A stretch of DNA of 25,522 bases, taken from assembly GCA_051294375.1 (NCBI GenBank), contig CM119268.1, forward strand, positions 19,447,943 to 19,473,464. Direction: 5' to 3'. The notes beneath the pieces were generated by a model. That model was given only the letters and a program-made list of their open reading frames with translations. It was not told where the DNA came from and ran no database searches. The position numbers and the translations under genes are program-made. This stretch comes from Paraspadella gotoi (taxonomy: Eukaryota; Animalia; Chaetognatha). Of the stretch, positions 9,279 through 22,053 are shown in pieces. The stretch's first letter is position 1. Each line of letters begins with the position of its first letter.

Positions 9279-9630
9279 TTGACCAAATTATGCCAATTAA
9301 CAAAAATATGCCAGTTGACCAAATTCTTAAAGTTGACCAAATTATGCCAGTTGACCAAATTCTGCAAGTTGATCAAGTTCTGCAAGTTGACCAAATTATG
9401 CCTGTTGACCAAAATTATGCCAGTTGACCAAATTCGGACAGTTGATAAAATTTATGCTAGTTGACCAAATTATGCCGGTTGACCAAATTATCTTAATTGA
9501 TCAAATTATGTCAGTTGACCAAATTATGTCAGTTGACCAAATTATGTCAGTAGACCAAATTATGTCAGTTAACCAAATTATGTCAGTTGATCAATTTATG
9601 CAAGTTGATTAGATTATGCAAGTTGACCAA
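9279..9630. repeat. 18-bp minisatellite gttgaccaaattatgYca, ~19 units
   Basis: Head-to-tail units with no unique spacers. Confidence 0.92.
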
Positions 9631-10991
9631 GTTAGCTTATTACCACTTAATTATCGATTGACCTGGAATTTTGTATGTGAGTAGAAAAGTGTGTGATTGA
9701 ACAGGAAACCAAGTTTCGATCGGAATCGTTTGAGGTGGAATATGAGTTAAATGGAAAAAAACAAAAAAACCTGTTTCACAAATTGAGGTTATGCATTCTT
9801 TTTCCTTATTATATTAAATGTATATGCAGTGATGTATTATAAATCTTAAATATATATAATCAGTTAATTAATCAATTAGTCCAATTAATAACAATAATTA
9901 ATTAATCAAGTCAATCAATCCGTCCATCCGTCCTACCTTAGCAAAAGCTCCAACTAAACTCGTTACCGATATGGCTTGGAGGGTAGAAGTGGAGAAAGTG
10001 TGCGATAAAGCTGGATTATAAAGTTTCGATGGAACAGTCAATGGAGTAGGAAATGAGTTAAATGAAAAAAACATAAGTACATTACTAAAATATTTTTACT
10101 TATTTTAACCAATAAATACTCTAATTAATATAATTGGATGATAGATTGAGTTCAATTTTTGTGTGGTAGGAAAGTGATGTGATAACAGCTTGAAATAAAG
10201 TTTTGTGGAATTACGAGTGGAAATGAGCTTTAATGAAAAAATATGAGTCACATTTACTGAATCTTTTTGAATTAGGTTCATTGGTTGTTGCACTGAAGCT
10301 TTTAAATATTTTTTAATATATAACAAATGACAAAAAAAAAATTTAAAAATGTGATTTTTTTAAGAACGGGTTCTGTAGAGCTTAAAAGTTAAATGAAAGT
10401 TAGTACTATCATTTTTTTTTTCAAATTTTTACAATAATGGTTAAAATAGAAAAAACCTTAAAAAATCATCATCATCATCATTATTGGCGAATTTTATTTT
10501 TTTAAATTTTTTTATTAATAAACAAATTTTTTAAAAAGTTATTAATACCTTTATCTAACTTTTAAAGCCTTATCAGAATCTATAAAAAAATTGATAAGCA
10601 AAATTTTAAAAACTTTTAGTTTTCAACCTGTTCCGGCCTAATATATAGTAAGGCGGCCAAAATTGAACACTTTTATAACTTCTAGTTCTCTTTAAAAATT
10701 CTTTCCTTTTACTACTAAATCGATTTTTAATGTAACTTTTTGAATTAGTTCATTGGGTTGTTGCAACTGAAGCTTTTAAATATTTATTAATATATAATAA
10801 TTATATAAAGTTTTGACGGAATTGTGCCAGTGGAAATGAGTTTTAGATGGAAAAAACTTGAATCTTTAAATATTAATGATTACTAATAAATGGTTTTAAT
10901 TAATTAATTAATTAATTAATTAATGTTGAAAAAATGATGCAAGTTAAAAAAATCTAAAAGCATAAAGATCGGTCGCAATTGTATAAAAAAT

Positions 10992-11024
<33 letters not shown>

Positions 11025-11450
11025 TGAGAGAGAGAAAGAGAAGGAGACATAAATAAAATAGAGGATATTTGTTTTGTTTTGATAAAATGTAAACAAAACA
11101 TATTTAATAACTGCCTACCCAATTTTAAGGACATCGATGATGATAAGTTGAATATAATTTAAAATTAATTATTACATATTAAAATTAATTAATTAATTAA
11201 TTATTCGATTAATTAATTAATTATCGTAGGGAGATCCGACATTGTTTGTCAAACTTCTTTATTTATATTAAGGTTAGTGAAAACAACCTGAATCAGGATT
11301 CGAACGCAGATCTTTAGTTAAAAGAAATTAAAGTCTTATTATTCGAAAATTACATTACAAATTGAAATAATATAAAAATTACGAAATTATCATTAGTGGA
11401 TTGTTTTTATAAACTCCTCAATCTGCTTATTTTTTTGGTTCAATGTAAGG

Positions 11451-11638
11451 AGGGCGACTTTCGTCATCTAGGTCGAGAGTTCGCATCTCCAAACCTCTTT
11501 TTTTATATAAAAAAACGAATTTTTACAGCTTTTGAGGCGCGAAAGCAGGGCGACTTCGTCATCTAGGTCGAGAGTTCGCATCTCCAAATCTCTCTTTTTT
11601 TATATAAAAAAATAATTTTTTACGGCTTTTGTGGCGCC
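11451..11638. repeat. Two tandem ~96-bp units
   Basis: agggcgactt(t)cgtcatctaggtcgagagttcgcatctccaaa..ggcgc at 11451-11540 and 11547-11638. Confidence 0.9.
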
Positions 11639-11881
11639 CAGTGGCGCCCACAACGTGTCACAAAATAATTTTTGATTTGTTTGCTAATCCCCATATTTAA
11701 CCCCCGCTCTTAAAAGCCCCAGCCTTCCCCATATTTAACCAAAAAAAAATCACTATTTTTTTTAAAAAAAACATGAAATTTGAAAGGATCGAACTTGAAA
11801 CCTAGATCTTGTGTATTGGAAAATAAGGAAGAATTTTTCTTAATTTGGTGAGAACGTAAGAACGTAAGATAAATTGGTTGG

Positions 11882-11883
<2 letters not shown>

Positions 11884-11915
<32 letters not shown>

Positions 11916-12176
11916 AAAGAAATTGAAAGAAAGAAAGAAAGAAAGGAAAAAATAAATAAACAAAGAAAGAAAGGAAGAAAAAATATAGAAAGAAAGAAAA
12001 GAATTGAAAGGAAGAAATGAAGAAAGAAAGAAAGAAAGCAAGAAAGAAGAAAAAAGAAAGAAACAAGAAGACAGAAAGAAAGAAAGAAATAAAGAAAGAT
12101 AAGAAAGAAAAAAAGTAAGAAGAAAGAAAAGAAAGAAGAAGAAAGAAAGAAGAAGAAGAAAGAAAAATAAATAAAA

Positions 12177-12247
<71 letters not shown>

Positions 12248-12708
12248 AGAGAAAAAAAAGGAGGAAAGAAAGAACAGATTGGACAGACAACAAGATAGAG
12301 AGAAAAAGAATAGAAGGAATGTCGCAAAAATTGGTAATTCCTTTGTTATATATATATAATATATATATATTGGTAATTCCTTTCCACATTAAGACGCCCA
12401 ACGAAGATGAATATGACGACGACGTCGACGACGACAACGAGAGCAACGACGACGACAACGACGACGACGGCGACGACAATCTACTCAGTCCCTTTTCCTA
12501 CCTCACCGAAAGTCTATTTTCGCCTCCCAGCAGAGAAGGTAATGACTGAATATTCCCGTTCATAACTTCTTTTTTTCTCTTTCTCTATTACATAAGTTAT
12601 ATGAAGAGAATTGAACTATTTATATGAAGATTTTGCTCTCTTAATGGCCTCGTTTTTAAGGACGGAGTCTGAGGAAGTTCGTCCCGGGAGATTTTCGTCT
12701 TAGACTTG

Positions 12709-12753
<45 letters not shown>

Positions 12754-12763
12754 CTCTCTCTCA

Positions 12764-12794
<31 letters not shown>

Positions 12795-15177
12795 CTACGT
12801 CGTTCTGTTAAATTCGTAATTTTTTGTCACGATTATTTTGAATTATTATTGTTACGCCTTGTTCCACTCCTACTCTTTTTAGACTACTCCGTGCATCTTT
12901 ATCCGCATTCCAGCCTGCACCCACGGCCCCGTTTATAGAATTATCGTCGATTTTAGACTTCAGTCGTCATGTACTCGTACATAGAAAGAAGACTATTATT
13001 TTCTCTCTCTCTTTCTCTCTCTCAGGTCTCTTTTTTCAAATTGGTCCACTCAAAAAAAAAGAGAGATAGTAGAAATCAATAAAATAGAAATTAGAAAGAA
13101 TTAAAGAATGAAAAGAGAAAGAAATAAAGAAAAAAAAGAAAGAAAAACGAAAGAAAGAGAATAAAAAAGATAGAAAAGGAAAGAAAAGAAAAGAAAAGAA
13201 AGAAAAAAAAATCCTGCATATATTTCCTTCTCACCCAGTTTCGAATCCATTTTGGTCCTCGTTTCAGACAAGGGGCCCTCAGCTCAGCTGGACGGAGACT
13301 GGGATGTAGGGGGGAGGGAGCGGACGGGGCGGAGGGGGGATTGGTTAGACTAGGTGGTGGTCCGAGGTCATTGAGAATGGAAGTTAGCGATGGAGGCCGT
13401 TAGAGATGCGAGGTGGTTAGAGATGGGAAGGGTGTTAGAGATGGGAAGGGTGTTAGAGATAGGTGACGAGCTATAAGGAAATGAAATGGGGTCAACAAGA
13501 CTTTTTTTTTGTTGTTTGAGATAGTCCACGGGTCTTTGCGACGATGTCGCTGTCCTAAAACGCTAAGTTTCTAATTGTTTTTTTTTTTTTTTGTTTTGTT
13601 TTTTTTTTCCGCCTTTAAGAGGAAAGGTCATTTCAGCATAACAATACGTAATTCATTGATGTATTAGAGCTAATACATCGAGAAATACATCGTAATCACC
13701 AGTAATCAGCCAAAAAAAAGTTTTTATTTATATGTCAACATTGTGTTTTTAAATATTTTTTTTGAAATCGGTAAATAAGAAAATTGTTAAGTTAAATGGG
13801 TAAGCACATTTTTAAGATTTGTTTTTCAATCTGTTTGTTAAAAAATTCCTAGGTAAGAAGTTAAAACACGGTATGGGTTTAGTTTAGAAGGGGAGAATTA
13901 AACAATTAATCTGCGTTACTCTGTTTGTTTTCCAGTCATGAACAAAAATCTTCAGTTAAATGATGGTAAAGAAATTCGAGCTACAATGAATCTACACTGA
14001 ATTTGAAGAGTTGCAGCCTAGGACGCTGCAATAATATTGAATTAAAAATTTGATTAGCAATCTTAAAAACATTTGTTAAAATGTAATAGAGAGACATTTT
14101 GATAAGGCGTTCCAGTTAGGAAAGAATTCAGGGTTAAAGTTTAAAAACGTTTCATTTCAAGGATAACAAGTTAAAATTTTAAAAATGTCTCTCTATTACA
14201 TTTTTCTAATTCAGTAATAAAAAATTCATCAAAAAATATCAGATGGATTGGCCTTTTCGTTTGACCTGCAAACTCTTGCAGATAGGTTTTCTTTTATTTT
14301 ATATTATAATTAAAACCGATATAAAATGGGGTAGATATGCATCAAATGTTTAAAGTGAATACATTTTCGGATCGCCAGGAGCTCTGCTTTCTGAATTTGT
14401 ACTCCTTTTGGGCCTATTTTTGAAGTTGAACTGAATGACCCTTTTCTTAAAAACTTTTACTTTTAACCCTTTGTGTCTCAATCCTATTTTTACGCATTTC
14501 CCGATTTCTTCTTTTCTTATTTTATCCAATTTCGCCGGTTTCCATTTCATGTCCCATTTTCTTGAGTTGCGGGTAATTACAAGCTAAGCCGCTTGTAATT
14601 TCTTCTCCGGGTCGGTCGTTCGGTTTGTCCGTCGGAAACAATATTATAACTTCCGTTTCTTCAGATTAGTTACCGCTAGCTATGTTTTGATCTACTTTGC
14701 CCTGTTTCTATTATCTTTTTTATTCATTTTCCCTCTTTCTTCTTATTTTATTGCATCTCTTGATTCATTCAGACACTCCCTTAGTTTAGCGTTGTTTTTT
14801 TCTGGGGTTTTTTTTTGTTGGTTTTTTTTCATTGAATTTTTCTTCTTCCTTTTTTGTTTCTTTTTTTCGCACCCACTAGTTATTTCGGGCATTTTTCCTT
14901 CCAGTTTTTTTTCGATTTTTACCTCCTACTTTTTTTTACAACGGTTTTTTCATCTTTCCCTCCTCTGTCGTTTTTCCTTTCATTCTTTACCATTTTTCTT
15001 TCCATTTTCCCTCGTTTTTCTTGCCCGGTTTTGTCTTTTACTCTCGCTTTTTCCCAGCTTTTTAGTCTCCGTTTTCCAATTCAGACTTTTGACGTTTCGT
15101 GAAAAACGGGTGACGTCTTTATGATCGAGTAATTCCACTCAAATAATGATTATTTTTCCGCACCTCTGACTGGTCTG

Positions 15178-15200
<23 letters not shown>
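11884..15200 (+). repeat. ~3.2-kb direct duplication, copy B
   Basis: Colinear with 5645-8895; the differences are mostly 1-nt indels. Confidence 0.92.
13619..14446 (+). mobile_element. TTAA-flanked TIR element, duplicate of 7350-8168
   Basis: TTAA (13615-13618) gaggaaaggtcatttcag ... ctgaatgacccttttc TTAA (14447-14450). Confidence 0.75.
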
Positions 15201-15241
<41 letters not shown>

Positions 15242-15379
15242 CTCTCTCTTCTTGTCCTCGCTCTCTCTCAATATTTCCAACACTCACGCAATCTCACTAT
15301 CTTTTTTTATTTTTACTTTTATGTTTTTTCCTTGCCGTAATTTTTATAGCTTTATTAAATTTCGTTTTCCTGCTTATGT

Positions 15380-15428
<49 letters not shown>

Positions 15429-15474
15429 TTCATCTTTCCTTTTATAGTCTCAACTCTTTGTCCGCTGTTTTTCC

Positions 15475-15499
15475 NNNNNNNNNNNNNNNNNNNNNNNNN
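15475..15499. other. Assembly gap (25 N) with duplicated flanks
   Basis: N run; ~15253-15420 is repeated at ~15586-15740. Confidence 0.95.
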
Positions 15500-15505
15500 C
15501 TCTTC

Positions 15506-15586
<81 letters not shown>

Positions 15587-15711
15587 GTCTCGCCTCTCTC
15601 AATATTTCCACACTCACGCAATCTCACTATCTTTTTTTTATTTTTACTTTTATGTTTTTTCCTTGCCGTAATTTTTATAGCTTTATTAAATTTCGTTTTC
15701 CTGCTTAGTTG

Positions 15712-15742
<31 letters not shown>

Positions 15743-16310
15743 GCCTTCTCTCTCTCTCCTCTTCATTATTTTTCCATCTTTTCGCTTTTATATGAGTCCC
15801 GCCATTACTTTTTTTTTTCCTTCGGACGCAGGTTTTCCTCTTGGGTTGCGTTGGGTAAGAGATGGAAATATATGGATGGAGGTGGATTTAGATCCAAACT
15901 TCGAGATGGTTTTTATCAATATTAATTAAGTAATTATGTTCTGAGATTTACATCAATTGCAAATAAAAGAATTTGTGTGACATACATTTAAATTAACTCA
16001 TTAACTTTGAATAGTTTTTTTATAATTTTTATAGACATTACTAGGTCGGAATACTATTTTACATTCTTCAAAATCCAACCGCTCTGGTCATCCTTAGGTC
16101 TATTATTTTCACCCAGCCTTCGTCATCCTTTCCCCTTCTTCCCCTCATTCCCCTCTTCCCTCCTCCCCCCGCTCCTTCTTCTGGCGTCCCGTAGCGGTTT
16201 TCCAGCCTCATATTTTTTGTTTTGCGCCTTTTATTTCGCGAAATGGAGAAACGCGGGAGAATGACGCCATTTCCGCTGTCGTCATTACCGCGAGCTAAAG
16301 GCGGGAAATA

Positions 16311-16365
<55 letters not shown>

Positions 16366-16946
16366 CTCTCTCTCTTTTACTTCCCCCTTTCGATCTATTT
16401 ATAAAACTAGCAATGCGTTTCGTCATCAATGGTTTTGTTGCGATAATTTATGCATTTCTGCCTTCGACGTCGCAAAGCTGCCGCGACCGACGCCACCGCC
16501 TCCGCCACTTTCTCAACAACCCTTTCCCCACTGCCCACCACTGCCCCCCACAGCCTCCCACATCCCCTCAGCGACTTTCCCTCCACAAACGCCCGACAAA
16601 ACCACAAGCGCCTCCACGCTCCAGCCTCCGCTCCCGCCGCCGCTCCCGCCGCCGACGCTGCCAATTGAAACGCTACACTTGCCAGGAAACGAAGCGCGTG
16701 ACGTTTTCCGCCATCCGTCCGTCCCTTTGTCCGTCTATCGGTCCTTCCGTCCAACCCTCCTTCCGTCCTATCAAACCGTTTACCGCCAATCCGTCCGTCC
16801 ATCCGTCCTTACGTCTTCCTGTCCTTTCAGACCGTTCTCTCCATCCATCCGTCCTCAGAATTCATCGAATTGTTTGTCCATCTTTCCATCCATCTGTTTG
16901 TTCTTCCATTTTAGAGTCAAACAATCTCTCGCTTCAATTCTGATCC

Positions 16947-18715
16947 TTTTTAGTCGGATCTGCTTATCAGCAGATCCCGACTCTATAATTCACTTTGTCG
17001 GTCCGTCGGTCCGCCCCCTCAATATTGTCGGGCACTAAATTATATCATGTCAGAACATCAAATTATGATAAATGGATGGATGGATGGATTTGAATAAAAT
17101 TTTGTGTGTGGGTAGGGAAGTGTGTGATTGAGCTGGATATGAAGTCTCGATGGAATCGTCCGAGTGGAAATGAGTTTAAATGGAAAAAACAAAAAAATAT
17201 ATTTCACTATTTGAACACCAATTGCTCTTGAGTGGATGGGGCGCTTGACCTGGAATTTTGTATGTGGGTAGGAAAGTGTGTGATTGAACATAAAATCAAG
17301 TTTCGATGGAATCGTTTGAGTGGAAATGAGTTTAAATGGAAAAAAACAAAAAACCTGTTTCACAAATTGATTATGCTTCTTTTTCCTTTTATATTAAATG
17401 TATATGCAGGATGTATTATTAAATTAAATAATTAATCAGTTAATTAATTAATTAGTCAATTAATTAATCAATAATTAATTAATCAGTCAATCAATCCATC
17501 CATCCATCCTACCTTAGCCAAAAGCTCCAATAACTCGTGATTACCTGGTTGGATTGGAGGGTAGGAAAGTGTGGGTAGGAAAGTGTGCGATAAAGCTGGA
17601 TATAAAGTTTCGATGGAATCGTGTGAGTGGAAATGAGTTTAAATGGAAAAAACATAAGTCACATTTACTAAAATCTTTTTACTTATTTTAACCAATAAAT
17701 ATTCTAACTAATCATAATTGGATGGATAGATTGAGTACAAATTTTGTGTGTGGGTAGGAAAGTGTGTGATAAAGCTTGATATAAAGTTTTGTTACGAGTG
17801 GAAATGAGTTTAAATGAAAAAAATATGAGTCACATTTACTTGAATCTTTTTACTTATTTTAACCCATAAAAGATTAAGATGAAATTTTGTGAGCGGGAAG
17901 GAAAGTGTGTGAAGAAGCTAGATATAAAGTTTTGACGGAATTGTGCCAGTGGAAATGAGTTTAAATGGAAAAAAACATAAGTCACATTTACTTGAATCTT
18001 TATTATTTATGATTACTAATAAATGTTTTAATTAATTAATTAATTAATTAATTAATTAATTAATTAATTAATTAATTAATGTAAAAAAATGATGCAATTT
18101 AAAAAAATTATGCAAGTTGAAAAAATGATACAAGGTGAAAAAATCTTAATCTTAATCGTCGCAATTGGAGAGAGAGAGAGAGAGAGAGAGATAAAAACGA
18201 AATAAAACCATGATGTTGCGATAGCAAAATGATAACATGCACAAATGTGATGCTCAATTTTACGAGTTCAATCCTAATTAAATTTTTTTTTAATAAAAAC
18301 GCAGAGAGAGAGAGAGAGAGAGAGGCAGCAGCAGAGGCAGCCAGAAAAAAATAAAGAAATCAAAAGGCAGCAGTAGAAGCAGCAGGAGAAAAGAGAGAAA
18401 AAGAAAAAGCCCCTGCAGAGCCAGCTGCAGACTCGTTTTTTTTCCCGATGAATCAGCACTAAAAATGATCATAAAAATGGCACAAGTTGAAAAAATGATG
18501 CGAATTGTAAAAATGATGCGAATTGAAAAAATGATGTGAATTGAAAAAATGATGCGAGTGAAAAAAATGATGCGAGTTGAAAAAATGATGCGAGTTAAAA
18601 AAAAATTTGAAAAAATTGTAATTTATCATCTGATTAGTTGATTACCTACTATTTTCGTCTTCTACAACCACTTAATTATTGTAGGCAGATCCGACATTAT
18701 TTGCTCAAACTTGTT
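16947..18715 (+). mobile_element. Apparently complete Helentron-associated non-autonomous element (HINE/DINE-1-like)
   Basis: T run; 5' subTIR agtcggatctgc (16952-16963) hairpinned with gcagatcccgact (16970-16982); gtcggtccgtcggtcc microsatellite; central 140-180-bp tandem units (17090-18005); 18-bp repeats (18486-18600); 3' subTIR gcagatccgac (18685-18695); terminal cttgtt in a T-rich site. Confidence 0.75.
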
Positions 18716-18742
18716 ATTTTTTTATTTATCTATCGGCACAGG

Positions 18743-19076
18743 TTTTTGGTCGCGGCGCGAGTAATCGTGGAGCAACTCAAAAGGCACTTTTGGGTCGGTC
18801 GGTAGGAATGTATGACCGTCGGTCTGTCTCACTTACATTGAAATTGCATATAACTAGTTCCCTCATTTGCTCTTTTGTTATATTAGCTGAAACAAAAACA
18901 ACCTTGAATCTTAACGACTCCACCTTTTGTTTTTAAAGAAATCGTATAAAGAATAACAGAATTCCAATATAGTGCGAGTCGAATGCTCATTGGTAGCCAC
19001 GTGATGACTTGGTCATGTGATCTCATCTGATTAGAAAATCTTTGCGGAGCAACACATTGGAATTACCTTTCTTGTT
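18743..19076 (+). mobile_element. Short degenerate HINE-like element, second family
   Basis: ttttt-ggtcgcggcgcg imperfectly hairpinned with cgtggagcaac; ggtcggtcgg/gtcggtctgtc microsatellite; gcggagcaac repeated near the 3' end (19044-19053), then cttgtttttt. Confidence 0.45.
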
Positions 19077-19314
19077 TTTTTCTGTCGGTCAAATTAACAA
19101 TCAGAAGTCGCGTCTTTTTAGTCTAGAGTTTTTGAGTATAGAACGGAGCTTTTAACTCTGAACAAAACTGCTTAGGGAGAATCTCGAATATCTTAAATGA
19201 CGTCATGCCAAAGAGAGACAGAATGATACATAATAAATATAAAAGTTGTACAAACAATATAAATACATACAACTAATACAATTTAATTCACAATTAATTG
19301 AAATTATTGTTTTC

Positions 19315-19357
<43 letters not shown>

Positions 19358-19533
19358 ATAGATATAAAGCTAGAGCGACAGCGACATAGACAAAGAGGAG
19401 GAGATAGACAGAAAAAGTGCGATTAAACGCGTGCACACGTTTGTTTCTGCAGATCGCTTGCGTTGAGTGGGTGTAGTTCTGTAGGGGGATTGGTTATGGT
19501 CGCTGGTTCTAATTTCTTCTCTCGGCCTTTTCC

Positions 19534-19603
<70 letters not shown>

Positions 19604-19872
19604 TCTTCTCTCTTCTCTCTCTCTCTCTCTCTTCTCCTCTCTCTCTCTTCTCGTCGCCGACGCATCCCGGGTCGTTCTCTTGTTTTACTGCTAATTGCTT
19701 GTTGCTCTTCAACTCTCCAATCCTCAGCGCGAAAGGAGTTTTTTTCCGTCCGACGGAATTTCCATTTCAGTCGCTGCCAAAAAAAGGAAAACTTTTTATT
19801 TCTTTTTTTTTCGATCTGGAGCGAGGGAAGGAGTACAATGCGGTGGAAGGTGAAAGATATAAATAGATATAT

Positions 19873-19949
<77 letters not shown>
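19873..19949. repeat. (GATA)n microsatellite
   Basis: Direct reading. Confidence 0.95.
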
Positions 19950-20242
19950 TTAAATTAGATGACTTCCTAACAAGAATGATGTCTAATATCTAAGTAGAAA
20001 ACTAGGGCAGAAAGTAACTTTTTTAGTGTTGTATATATTCTCCCTCTATTTCCAGAAGAGAACATCCCTCATTATAATAAAGTATACATTATATAAGGAA
20101 TATAATTAAATCTAATACATGGTGAAATATATTAAACTTTTACATTCATTATTAAATTTAATCCAATTTAGTTTTCTATATTGATTGAAAGCTTACAGGG
20201 ACGTGAAATGTCATTATCTTGTAAGAGTGATGAAGGTCTTAA

Positions 20243-22053
20243 GGTCCGTGATTTCTCATTTCAAATTATAATTAGGCTAAAACCGAGCTCGGATTTTGAA
20301 AAGAGAGGTCCGAAAATGTATTCACTTTACTATTTTTTCAAAGGCGTCATCGTTTTTTCGATTTTTTTTGTACAATATAAAATAAAAGAAACATATTTGA
20401 AGAGTTGCAGCCCAAACGGTAACGCGGATTCTCATAAAATTTGGCATGAATTACCTTTAGGTCACAAACTCCAATTCTATGAAAAGATACTTTCAAAATT
20501 TGCCTTCCTTAATAGAAAATTTTATTATTTTAGTCAATTTTTGGGATTAATTCCTTGATATCTTTGAAACGAAAAACATTTTTTCAAAAACGCGCTCATA
20601 GAATCTCCCCCACCTTTCCTTTCTTGGCCAAGATATTTTTTTCTTCAAGAAGAGTCCAACGGTTTGAGCTGCAACTCTTTGTTTTTAACTTCACTTCGTC
20701 AAGAAAGTTAAATTCTGTACTCATTACTTTTGCAAGATTCACCACAACATTCACAAGCACGGGATGTGATGATTGAGTTTGTTCAACGCCAATGTATTAA
20801 AAAAATGGCTTACTGTTTTAGATTCAGATTTATTTTTTTTTCAGAGATTCCTTAGAAAATAGGGCAACTATTCCTTAAGGCCAGGGATCACTCAACCTAA
20901 AATTGTAGAAATCTTAATTTACTGTATCTTTGATGAGCGGGGTTTTCCGTCTCTTTTCCAACATCTTAATCATTTTCTCACATCTTGTAAGAGGTTTTCT
21001 ATNNNNNNNNNNNNNNNNNNNNNNNNNTAAAAAATAATTGAAAACTTTTCAAAACTACCTAAAATGTTCATAAAATTTAAACAAATTTTTTCTTCGGATA
21101 AAACTAGATTTATTCAAGAGAAAAATATTTTTTAAATGTAAGCTAAATTTCTACAACCAAATTTTTAACGTTAAAACTGGATTCTTTACAGTTAAGCTCA
21201 ATTTCTACTTCTTATCTTTCAATTCTTCCTTGGTACAAGTACATACTTGGAGTTGTATCACTAATAAGTCTAAAACATACTACTCTACACATTTTCCAGA
21301 TGGGTTTTTATGCTTTTATAGACTTTTATGAGTTAAAAAACTTATCAAATTATTTCAATATTGACTTTATGTAAATGTTTTATCATAAAATAGTTGCCCT
21401 ATTTCTAAGTAATCTCTGAAAAAAAATCAAATCTGATTAAAAAAATTAAGCCATTTTTTAAGACATCGGTGATTGAAACAAACTCCATCATCACAACCCG
21501 TGCTTGTGTATGTGTGGTGAATCTTGTGCTAAAGTAATGAGTACAGAATTTAACTTTCTTGACGAGACGCTGAAGTTAAAAACGAAGAGTCTGCATGCCA
21601 AACCACAGGACTCTTCTTTAAGAATAAAGTATGCTTGGGACAAGAACAGGAAAAGGGCGTGATCTTCATGGAGCGCGTTTTGGAAAAAATTGTTTTTTCG
21701 TTTCAAAGATATCGAAGAAATTTATCCCAAAATTGATAAATAACTCAAATTTTCATTGCAAGAAAAGCAAATTCTATGAAAGTATCTTTTCTTTAGAAAT
21801 TGAGGTTCGGTGATGAAAAGTAATCCATGCCCAAATATTAGATGGAAAACCGCTTACACGTTTGGGCTGCCACTCTTTAAATAGAGTTTCTTTTATTTTA
21901 TATAGAGCCAAAAAAGAAATCGAAAAACGGATGACGCCTTTGAAAAAGAATATAGAATACATTTGGAAATCGTCAGGAGCTTATCCTTCAAAAAATCCGA
22001 AGCTCGTTTTTAAGCCTAATTATAATTTGAATTGGAGCGTGGATCCCTGGACC
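20243..22053. mobile_element. Long-TIR non-autonomous element (~630-bp inverted arms) with TTAA-type ends
   Basis: 20243-20872 is the imperfect reverse complement of 21389-22053. Ends are TTAA-ggtcc ... ggacc-ttag (TTAA in the copy ending at 24652). Shares gagttgcagcc and aaagtgaatacatttt motifs with 7350-8168. Spans the N gap at 21003-21027. Confidence 0.65.

Larger units (their letters stand above)
8896..11259 (+). mobile_element. 5'-truncated HINE/DINE-1-like element, same family as 16947-18715
   Basis: Same internal 140-180-bp units, (ttaa)n tracts and 3' terminus gagatccgacattgtttgtcaaacttctt (11231-11259). Confidence 0.65.

Noticed and set aside
9279-9630. CRISPR-like array
   Set aside because: Head-to-tail 18-mers with no unique spacers, in a eukaryotic context with no cas genes.
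11455-11475. Minus-strand ctagatgacgaaa resembling a minimal hammerhead
   Set aside because: The core has an extra base, there is no room for stem II, and no stem III or UH site was found.
16310-17038. 242-aa proline-rich ORF and overlapping ORFs
   Set aside because: It starts in a CT microsatellite, runs through C-rich low-complexity sequence and ends inside the HINE. A small exon at 16470-16690 cannot be excluded but is unsupported.
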